Positions 43,201-53,644 of a stretch of 64,000 nucleotides of DNA are shown piece by piece. The stretch is from Auanema rhodensis (Eukaryota; Animalia; Nematoda), in the NCBI GenBank assembly GCA_964057225.1, contig OZ059898.1, positions 7,068,001-7,132,000 of the forward strand, read 5' to 3'. The position numbers were made by a program, and so were the translations under genes. The notes beneath the pieces were generated by a model. The model made no database searches, had not been told where the DNA came from, and was given only the letters and a program-made list of their open reading frames with translations. Within the stretch, counting starts at the first letter, position 1, and each line of letters begins with the position of its first letter.

Positions 43201-44457
43201 CAAGACATAATGGCGTTGTGTCTATGTTGTTCATAAGATAATGGAAATTGAATAGAGTTGTTTGAATTTCTAATATACGAAGATAATAGCTTGTAAATGA
43301 TTAAAAAGTCCAGATATATGGTAAAGTTAATAGAAATCAGCGGTAAAGAGGAAAATGCTCAACAATTGTTGATTACAAAGCTTAAGAGGAATGCTTGAAA
43401 GCTTGAACGATAGTTATCAATGAAGATAAAGAATAGTCTTCATTATTTGTAAAATAGAGCAGATACAAGTAAGCTTATTATGAATTTCCCTTATAATAAT
43501 GGATAAACACATAATTTAAATAAAGTCAAAAGAATAAATCAATGAAAATAATGAAAAAAAATATATTTGTTTAACCAAATATAGTAAACTGTCGTTTTTG
43601 AGGTGATCAAATAAAGAAATATATAGAAAAGAGAAAGAGGAACATTTCATAAATCAAAATATAATAAAGCAGCAACATTGAAATAGAAAACTTGACTGAA
43701 ACTAGTCTATACCAAAGAGTTAAGTATGACTTAACTCTTAAATATAGAAAAATAGTCCATCAAAGAAATATAAAATAAAGTATTTGATTATTTATTATGT
43801 GCAAATAAAGAGTTTAGTATGATATGATGATCTCATAATGAATTCAAATATGAAATCATATATTTAATGTAAAAATCATGAAAAATGATTCATAAATATT
43901 ATATTGTCTTTATATTAACTATAAACGAATAATTCATATATTAGCTTTTCCTTTTTGATTCTTCCATAAAAATCTTGAAGATGATTACATAAATGCAATA
44001 AAAGCCATTAAATTGCAAAAAAAATAAAACTTTTCTTATCGTATAGTTACGAGCATGGAAATCAAATCTAACATCTCCAACAACAGGAGATAGCTAATTA
44101 TCCAAATGAAAAACCGTTTTTCCTACATTGTTATCTAACTATATGGATAATTAATATAAAAAAATATAAATCATCCACTGCCAACGTCCGCGTCCGCCTC
44201 CCCTTCCCTCCCCCTCACTTCCTCTACTCGTTATGTCTGTTAGCTAGCTTTGTAGCCTCTTCTGTTATATCATAAAAATTTGCAAAAAAAAGGTGAAAAG
44301 GAGACATAAACCAGTTCTTCATATTTCAAATGGGGAATTGAGCAAATTGTGAATGAACTAACCTATTATATCGTCCAAGAGGGCTCCGACGACTAGAAAC
44401 AGAAGCATCCTGTCTGGCCAGTAGATTCCGCTCTTCCCGGGTCGGATCATCACCCAT
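12332..44457 (-). CDS. tir-1: TIR-1/SARM1 NAD+ hydrolase (ARM-SAM-SAM-TIR), ~21 exons in the longest-span isoform
   Basis: Approximate exons: 44457-44363, 36479-36340, 36281-36114, 34948-34852, 34419-34306, 33121-32962, 32912-32759, 32707-32634, 32577-32459, 32410-32260, 32121-32028, 31259-31127, 29839-29728, 14017-13850, 13804-13561, 13510-13391, 13341-13208, 13161-13006, 12960-12836, 12787-12682, 12607-12332. Peptides: [150 protein letters not shown]. Stop TAG at 12332-12334. Confidence 0.97.
12682..13341 (-). other. tir-1: Exons encoding the TIR (NADase) domain of TIR-1; catalytic Glu codon at 13006-13008
   Basis: DWIHKE|LRCAF corresponds to the SARM1 DWVHKE motif containing the catalytic glutamate (human E642). 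Confidence 0.93.
14590..14630. repeat. (GA)n microsatellite
   Basis: Pure GA dinucleotide run. Confidence 0.95.
23095..23938 (-). CDS. tir-1: Putative alternative tir-1 exon inside the 15.7-kb ARM/SAM intron (Ser/Thr/Cys-rich, low complexity)
   Basis: Acceptor ttttaattcAG (23939-23940), then a frame open for 1+843 nt with in-frame stops just upstream of the acceptor. Strong donor CCT|GTGAGT at 23094 in phase 0, compatible with the acceptor at 14017. GC content is clearly above the surrounding intron. First in-frame ATG at 23523 (MCCDAPMT). Confidence 0.75.
24060..24240 (-). promoter_or_regulatory. GC/CpG-rich island, likely internal promoter or first exon for short tir-1 isoforms
   Basis: Among the most GC-rich patches of the window (GGGCGG-like boxes), ~150-300 nt upstream of the 23938 acceptor. 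Contains a consensus donor ATG|GTAAGT at 24208. Confidence 0.5.
26481..26524. repeat. (GA)n microsatellite
   Basis: Pure GA dinucleotide run. Confidence 0.95.
30855..30911. repeat. (TC)n microsatellite
   Basis: Pure TC run; a second imperfect run lies at ~30365-30438. Confidence 0.95.
33284..33421 (-). CDS. tir-1: Putative alternative first exon of tir-1 (46 codons) joining directly to the ARM exons
   Basis: [46 protein letters not shown], then CAG|GTATTC donor in phase 0 matching the acceptor at 33121 (QDSVVNG). An in-frame stop lies upstream of the ATG. Confidence 0.65.
37212..37262. repeat. (GA)n microsatellite
   Basis: Pure GA dinucleotide run. Confidence 0.95.
37408..37481 (-). CDS. 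tir-1: Putative alternative first exon of tir-1
   Basis: [24 protein letters not shown] + AG|GTTTGA; phase 2, in frame with the exon starting at 36479 ([11 protein letters not shown]). Confidence 0.55.
41315..41724 (-). CDS. tir-1: Putative alternative first coding exon of tir-1 (136 codons, Ser/acidic-rich)
   Basis: [16 protein letters not shown]...VLQCLHKIQ ends GA|GTAAGT (consensus donor, phase 2), in frame with the 36479 acceptor. Acceptor-like atattAG lies 6 nt before the ATG. Confidence 0.72.
44363..44457 (-). CDS. tir-1: Most distal first coding exon of tir-1 (absent from the ORF track)
   Basis: Acceptor tttatacAG at 44479-44480, then [31 protein letters not shown] + AG|GTTAGT (phase 2), in frame with the 36479 exon. 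GC-rich against its flanks. Confidence 0.78.
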
Positions 44458-45188
44458 GGTTGTTTTAGCTTTCACATCCTGTATAAATCATAAATTATTT
44501 GAAAATATAAAAAACAACTTGTTGACGTACATGCAACATTAGATATTAATTATATGTATGAATAATAATAATAGTATATTTTATAAAATAATTATAATAA
44601 GGAGACAATGAAATCAAAGCATTCTGAACAACCATTCATTACAAGTATATAAGAAAAAAAAAGAAGATATTTTTTCAAAATAAAATGAAACATACTTTAA
44701 TCAAAGGCTTTCGAGATATTTTTGAAACTTCCGGCGGCGCCACGTTGTTATTTTTAATGATCAATGTTGATGAGCTAAGAACGGAGGACGTCAATGCGGC
44801 AAATTATGTAAAATTAGTTGTCAAACTGGAATATTACAATATAGTTAGTTCATGATAATTGCAGAATATTTAGTAAAAAGATTTTGAATATAAGAAAATT
44901 AAAAAAAAAAGATGTTTTGACATTTATAAAAAGAAAATAATAGATGAATAATCGTTACATTTTACACCTACGTAATTTATATCCCGAAAACAAAACATAA
45001 GTTTACAATAAATTTAAAATTAGGAAATGAGAATAGCTAGAATTTGAAAAAAATTAGCATAAATCAATGATAGTCACGATTGAAATGTATGATCACTTCA
45101 CTTCAGTTAATATAGTGAAGAGAAGCTATAAGAAATTAATATTTCAATTAAAAGTTTGTGATTGGCTATGATAATATCAAACTACAGT

Positions 45189-45220
<32 letters not shown>

Positions 45221-48200
45221 TTATGTGTATAATAAAGGCGTGGCAAGATACTTTTCATAAAGTTTACAAAGAAATAAAAAGAAATCTTCTGTCAATATAA
45301 AATAAAAATTTATTTGATCAAATTGCTTGAAACAAAATTTTTTTTTAAAATAGGATTGACGTACATGATGACACTATGCCTTTAATCCAAAATAGATAGT
45401 GGATTAACTTTAGATAGAGAAGAGCACTTTTCATTCTATCGGATACAATGATAGGATTTGAGAAACTAGATATTTACAATGAAAAACAAAAATTAAATAT
45501 ATAAATAATAAAATTTTGCATAATTTAAAAAAAATATTATAAGTAAGTTATAATAGTTAGAATTTAATATTTTAATAATTAAATGAAATAATTTTTAGTT
45601 TTTAATAGAAATATAATGAAAGATCATTTTGTTATCTGACTAATTATTAAGAGAAGAAACATTGTATTTATATATATACATAAATATAAATATAATAAGG
45701 GTGGAGTTATTGAGTGGGAGGAAAAATGATAAATTTTTTTGAAAATTATAAAAGAAAATATTAAGAAAGTACTTATAAAATTAGAAAATCGAGGAGATGT
45801 AATTAAAAAAGTTGAAAGAGGTTAACGTTATCTTAATGCTCTTGAATAATGTAAAGATATGAATGATTATATCATTTAAAACTATCAAAAACGCCTATAG
45901 CAATATGATATAATTAAAATATTTAAAAATAGAATAAAAATTAAAAAAAAGTGAATAATTATATTTATATAAAATTAATAAATGAAATTATAGAAACTAT
46001 AAAAAAATAATATATATAATATAGTATATTTTAATTTTCTTATATAAAAAAAATAAAAAATAAATATAATTTATAGATTAGAATTAAAATATTGAAAGAA
46101 ATTATATAATGATTGAATATACGATAAAGAATGTAAAATGGTTAATAGATATGTTGAAAAGAGGAAAAAGATGACTCAAACTCAAACGAACCGGTTCAAG
46201 GTTCAGAGGATCATAGACGTCATTAATGTTCAACAGTTTGATCAACATCAACATCATTGTCCATAGTTCCTCATTGTATTCGCTCTATCTCTATCCATTT
46301 CTTTTTTACTTTTTCTTTATTTCTCTTATGTACCCATTTGATCTTTCTTCTTTTCTTTCTTTCTTTCTTTCTTTCTACCTATCCTATCTATCTCTCTATC
46401 TGTCCTTATTTCTTCTTTTTTTTTTATATTTTTCGTCATACAAGTGAATGAACTAACGATGATTCAGATGATGCAAAAAACTATTAAAATAAGTGAATAA
46501 AATTACATTTTGAGTGTTCGAAATGTTGATAAGCTTATAAGAAACATATAATATATAGTATATATGTAAGTAAAAACATAAATACGGAAGTAATTAATAA
46601 TCATTTTTATAAATAAGAATCTTATCATTAAATTTTAAAAATATTATATTAATTAACATAAAATAATATAATAATAATAATAATCATATAAACATTTATT
46701 ATTATAATATTATTAATAATAAAGTTATTATTATTAATATATATATATATACTATAAGTGTCGTACTTTTCCAGATTAATGTAATCAAAAAAAAAATCAA
46801 AAAGAAAAAGAATAGAATGCTCTATAATAGTATAAGGATCATATATTAAGTATTGTTTGAAAGAAGAAAGAAAAATGTCAAGTAAACGCCAAATCGTAAA
46901 CAGATAATAATCTTTCTATACTTAATGAAGAAGATATAGAGAATGAAGAAGTATATGATTTATATAAGAGACAGATGAAAAAGAGCAGATACAAAATGAT
47001 CAAATTTGAAAGAAAAAAAAATGATGCAAAAGAGGAACAAATTATAAGACAATGTTATTAAACTAAAACCATGACAACAATTAAAAATAAAAAATTCAAC
47101 ACTTATATAATAAAGAATATATATATATATATATAGTTAAACAAGATGATAAAAGATATAATATAAAGATAAGTTAAAGAGACACAAGAGATATTGACAT
47201 CATTTTGTCTGTGTTTTTCTAAATTTGATTAAATAGTTTCAAGTATCACATGAAATGTTTGATCTGATAAGTCGTATAAAATCAAAATATCAAACTAGTC
47301 CACGTGCCTTGGATGAATTTGTCAAATAGTTGAAGTTATATGACATCATATCCGGATTAACTACGTCTGATTGTTCTTGCCTTGTCCATCTTCACTGTTT
47401 ACAAGACACTTTTAATAGGCAAAAAATATAGTTTTGTAGTATATGAATCATCAATATGTATATTAAAGATCCAAAGAAAATTATAAAGAGAAAGAGTTAA
47501 AGAAGAGGAAGAAGACGATTTAAAAGATTATATGATTGAATGAATTAAATTTGATCAGATTACCAAATAATTATTTAAAATAGATAATGAGATATAAATA
47601 AATAAAATGATAAAAATTAAATTTGTATATATATATATACCTAAATACATATACTGTATATATAACTTTATAATTTTATAAAATAATTAAGAAATGTAGA
47701 AAATAAAATTTAAAATAAAAAAAGTAGTTTATAGTTATCTACAAGAGATTATCACAGGTTTTCAATGGATTAGCGTAGTCATATAAAGAAAGATGATAAG
47801 ATTGAATAGAATAAAAGCATTTATATTAATCATAATTCTAATAGTATATATGGACTTTCATATGATTAAAATAAAAATGTTATAGATAAATATTCTATAT
47901 ATATATATATATATATAAATGATTGTTGAATATAAATCAAATATAAAGAATATATTGTTTGGGTATCTTGGATATTAAGATTTCTGTACATGTATATGTA
48001 TACATATTGATTGATTTTTTTTTCAATTTTCATAAGAAAAGAAAAGATATTAATATTCTATTCAATAAAATAAAATATATGTATATAAGATATTTTTTTT
48101 GTTATATTCATAGACTAAAAATAGAAAATATATGAATGAAAACTACATATTCACATACATACGATTGAAATACAAGATGATCTTATAGGTAATATTTCCA

Positions 48201-50730
48201 AAAATATTAAGTTTTAACAAAAAAAAATAATAAAAATTAAAAACTTTTTTATAAAAAAATTATATACTTAATAATAAACTCCTACATTGAACATAAAAAA
48301 AGAAATAGTGAATACAGAATAGAGAACAAAATACAATCAGTTTTTTTTTTTAAATAATAAAGAAATTTGTATAAATATATATTATAATATATATTGTTTT
48401 CTATAATTACTGTTTTATGTTAAAAATAATCAATAGAAGAATAAAGAAAATTAGTATTTTGAGGTCAGAATCGTAAGAAAGAGCAATATAGATGTTACAA
48501 AAATTAAAAAAATTAATAATATAAATAATATTAAATAATAGCAACAAATAATATAATTAAAAATTAAAAAAATGAATAAAGCAACCGTACAATTAAAAAG
48601 AAATGTTTAAATGAGACATTTAACGTAAAGTTCACGTAAAGTTACATATGTATATGTATGTAATATTATAATTAATTATCATATAAAATAAAGTAATAGT
48701 AAAATATAAAATAGTTATTGTGTGAATATATATTTAAATATTAATTCAAATATATATATATATATATATATAGTATATAATATTTATAAAATATATGTAT
48801 ATGTGTGTGTATGTATTTGAAATAATCTATAAACTGACATATCATCTATTGAACATATATAAAACATGAATTTGTTTCCTCAAAATAGCTTTCTGTTGAT
48901 TTGAAAACTTTTTTTTTTCAGATATCTCATTCAAATGCCATGAGAGAAGCAACAAAAACAATTTTTTTAAAACATGAAATTTTGTATTGGAATAGAATTA
49001 TAAAGAAAAAAAAAAGAATTGAACTATTTGAGATTTTATAATAAAAGGAAGAGAATATACATCGATTTTGAATAGTAAATATAAGTTTGAAAAAGATAAA
49101 AATATAAAATATATCTTATAATATTGTATTAAAATATAAATTTTATAAATTAACAACCTAAAATATATTAAATATTTTATAATATAATAGTGAAAAGAAA
49201 GTTAAATGAAACTAATTATATTTAATTAGTTTATAAAGAGGAAACGACAAAAAATCTAAAAGAATAGTATGAAAAATACATTTACTATATGGGAAGCGAT
49301 ATAAAATATAAAAAGATGGCCAACTTTAGTGAATAGTTAGCTTCGTTAGTCGATGCTTTTGTGAATCAGTATGCTTTTAACACAGCTGTATGCTGAGTTG
49401 CATAATCTGTTCGTTTCTTTACTAATAAAGTAAAATAATTATTGAAATATATGTAAATTTCAAAAAAAACTTAAATATACGTATGTAATATATTAATAAT
49501 TAAAATAATTAACTTACTACTCAATTTCAAAGAAATTAGAATTTGTATGCTCACAGATAGAGGGCGATAGCTAGCGTTAAAGATAAATTAGGAAAAACGG
49601 AGTAAAAGACAGACTAATAGAAAAAGAAAATAAGTGCAATAGTAATATAGAAAAAAAGGAAAAGAGAGAGAGAGAAAGAGAGAGGGAAAAGAGAGATAGA
49701 TAGGGAACCGAATATACCAAATTAGGTAATTCAAATGGAAGCTTCATAGTTAACATTTTAGCTTTCAAAAAACCTTATAAGAGGTTGATGCACTTTAAAA
49801 ATTTAATAATAAATTTAAATGCACCAACTTATAAAAAATATTAAAGGGCGAAAAAAATTTGATCACCAAGCAATATCTGGAAAAAGTTTTAAGAGAACTG
49901 AACCTTATTTTAGTATAAAATGAATATATCAAAAATATGAATCAATCAAAAGTATTTGAAAGATAAAAGAAGAAAACAAGTCAGATTACATAATTAAGAA
50001 ACTAATTAACTATAACATTATTCTAAAGGGATTGCCATAAGAAGTAGAAAAGTATAGAAGAAAGGTACAGGTAAATTGATAAAAATTGAAAAGAAAACAG
50101 AAAAGAAAAGAAAAAAAAGGAATGAATATATTTTGACATGAATAATCAGTGTTGTTAATTTGTAATAACATCTACTTGTTTCTATGATTTTGAAGCATGT
50201 GAAGCTTGAAGACAGGCTGGCAAATGTGGGGAGCTCAGTTTAGGATGAATGTGTGTTTTAGAGTATAAAGGAGAGCAGCAAAGAGAGTAAGAGAGAAAGA
50301 CAAAATATGTACATGTGAGGGGGGGGGGGGGTGATGAAGATGGAAAAAGGAAAAGAAGGCAGAAGAGAAAAAGAAAGAGAGAAAGAGAGTGTTCGCAGTT
50401 CCAGACACATAAATGGGAAGAACAAGCTAGGCAGAAGAAATGCAAAGAGAGAAAGAGAAATAAGGAGAGCTTGTTTCAAAAGATAGAGAGAAACAGACAG
50501 GCCAAATGCAGTAGTTGCAACTCGACGACACCGACGACAGCGACGACGGCGACGGCGACGAATACATGCCTGCCGAGGATCGCGACGGCAGCGACGACGA
50601 TAAGCTTCGAAGTCAGAATCGATACGAGACTGGGTGCCTGAAGAGAGAGAGAAAAAGGGAGAGTAACACTACTAGAAGGAGAAAACTATAGAGAGTCAGA
50701 GTGAACGTTATATGGCAAAGAAGGCTTACG

Positions 50731-50771
50731 AGAGAGAGAGAGAAAGAGAGACAGAGAGAGAGAGAGAGACA

Positions 50772-50853
<82 letters not shown>
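50731..50853. repeat. Long compound (GA)n/GACA microsatellite
   Basis: ~120-nt purine run of GA units with occasional GACA. Confidence 0.95.
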
Positions 50854-50855
<2 letters not shown>

Positions 50856-51309
50856 AAAAGATAAAAGGCTATGTTGAAACGACGGCTCTTGGTGGTCTGA
50901 TTTCATGCCCAGAGGCTATACTCTCGCTTTCTTTCTTTTTTTCAAAGAAGTTCAAGTGAGTCTTAAGATAGATATGAAGTATAAAAAAAAAAGAAGAAAA
51001 AAAAATGACAGTATATCTGATGAATAGAAGAAGAATGAATATATCCTTTTCAACTATAGTTATTTTTTGTTTAATCATTTTCAGATTTCAAAGAGAAAAA
51101 AAAGAAAAAAAATATAACATGAGCAGAGCAGAATCAATACTCTTTTTTTTATTAAAAAATCAATTAATTTTCTTTAAAATTCATGAATTTCATTATGACA
51201 GATGAAGACTGTAATTAACTATTCATACTATTATAAAATATATTAAAATTAATTATATTGTATACAGTAAGATATAAATTAAATTATATTCATTTAAGTA
51301 GTATATATA

Positions 51310-53126
51310 CGAAGAAGTGTTCATATGTTCTTTATGTTCTTACTCATGCTTTCATAAAAATATTAAATAAAATATTAAAAATAATTTATGTTTTAATTGA
51401 TTTTCTAGTTAAAAAGAATAATAATATTTAATAGAAAATTTATTTTATTTTAAAGAAATTTATCATTAATTTATTAAATTCTTTACCAATTTATTACATA
51501 GTTAATATATTAATCATATATCTATCTAATTAAATTAATTTTTATAATTATCTATTCAAAGGATCTTTAAAATTTTAATTCATTGATTTATTTAAAAGTT
51601 GAAATAAAAATCATTTTGCTCTTAAAAATTAAATTCAGTCTCATTAATCTATGATTTCTCGTATGTATATGAAATCAAATTAAGTTATTCATTTATTTCA
51701 AAAATTATATTTTAATTTTTTCGAATAAAAATATTAATTATGTGTATATATTATATAATATATATAGTTATTTCACTATATATGTATACATGTAAAGGTG
51801 CAATGTTAAGGAAATAATCCGTAGATCGTTTCTAAATAGAAATTGTGATTTCTGATGCTTTTAGATCAGATTATAGAACATAACATGTACAAATGATCTT
51901 CCTGAATGAGCTCTGTGGTGGTCCAAACACCAAATCTTACTGAACAATTTTGAAAACAAAATTTGTTTTATTTAAAGAAATAGTTAAAGTTGTAACTATA
52001 TACATACATTGTTAGCTTAACTATAATTTTTAAAATATTGATTGTTTGACTGAATATACATAACTAAGAAGATGATGAAGTTTTGTTTTATTTCTTTGAT
52101 ATATAACCTAAGTATTTTAATTTTATAACAAATTTAATATTTTTTTCCTTTATTTATTACTTTATAATTACAAAATTTTATTTTTTTTTAATTAAAAAAA
52201 AAGTCACATGGTCAAGAATCATTTGACGACACTGTTTTCCATATTTCATGTTCAGTTATTTCTCGTCTATTGAAACTTTTCTGGAACATGTTACCTTCAG
52301 TTTTCTATTTTTTTTTCTTTTCAACAATTGTTTTGAATTTTGTGTTGAAAAAAATTCAAATATGAGTAAGAGAAAGAACAGCTTTGAAACATAAATAATT
52401 CACATATTCTCTATCCAACTAATTCTCTACTTTTTCTTCAAAAAAAAAAGTAAAAAGAAGTATTAATTACGAAGCTTCAATGGAGAATTTAAAATTAAAA
52501 AGAAATATTTTTAATTGTTTTAGCATTTATAACATATTTTTCAAATCATTAATATATAAATTATTTATTATTTTGAAACTATAAAAGGTTATATGCAAAT
52601 CTGTGTAGTAAAGCACATTTATTTGATTTTAAAAGAAAATGAAAAACTATTCATACTACATTAATTATAATATTTATTTAAAACTAATATTCTTTTTACG
52701 ATAAAATTTTTTATATAAAATCTATAACATTGATCGACAATAACTTTTGAAAGTTCAAGCATGCAAAAACTCTTTTCATCACTCCTTTTCTGTCCTCTAA
52801 TTTTCTCTCTCTCTCTCTCTTTCCTTATCTCTTATTCAGTCATGTTTTCTTTCCTAATAACCAATGAATTACATACATATTATATATATGTATAAGTAGT
52901 ATATATACGAGGGATTATAATACCATTTCGACATTTCAGCCGTTTTAGACACATTTTCATTCTTTGAAGTCAGAGAATAACCTCATTTAAAACATTTGTT
53001 TGAAAAAAAAAATGAATTTGAATTGAATTATAAAATCAATTAAAACATAAATTATTTTTAATATTTTATTTAATATTTTTATGAAAGCATGAGTAAGAAC
53101 ATAAAGAACATATGGACACTTCTTCG
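51310..53126. repeat. Inverted repeat: 95-bp arms (51310-51404 and 53032-53126), ~1.63-kb spacer
   Basis: cgaagaagtgttcatatgttctttatgttcttactcatgctttcat...attgatttt versus aaaatcaat...atgaaagcatgagtaagaacataaagaacatatggacacttcttcg; one mismatch seen. Confidence 0.9.
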
Positions 53127-53644
53127 ATGAATTTTTGTATAATACATGGTTGTAATTATAATTTTTAATATTTAAATCAAAATGAGAAAATGAGAGAAAC
53201 GAAAACAAAAAAAATGAATGACACATTCTACGTGAAAAGAACATATGAAAACAAATTAATTTGTTTAAAAATTTGATGAAGAAGTAAGAAAATGAAGAGA
53301 AAAAAGTATATAAAACATATATTATATAGCTATATATGTATATAATATTATATAATAAAGAAAGAATGAATGGTAAACTACTACGTTGACTGATGAGAAC
53401 ACAGAAATCGATCAGAAATTTACATGAAGATAGGTTAAAGGTAATGAGAGAATGATGTATACATATATATTCGTTGTATAGCATCATAATTATATAATAT
53501 AATTATAATAACTAATCACAATTCTCCTGACACAGGTATTTGGGAAAAAAAAAATTTTTTTCTGTTGAAAAAAAAAATATTTAGATGAATATATTCAATC
53601 TAATATAATATGATATATCATTTTCAAACTAAATCTTAGAGATT

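Noticed and set aside
50182-50906. Several ORF-track entries rich in SL or ER repeats (also 14449, 21572, 21650, 26395, 30814)
   Set aside because: Translation artefacts of (GA)n/(TC)n microsatellites.
52987-53487. 166-aa minus-strand ORF after mup-4
   Set aside because: F/I/Y/L-biased composition typical of AT-rich 3' UTR; no domain or splice support.
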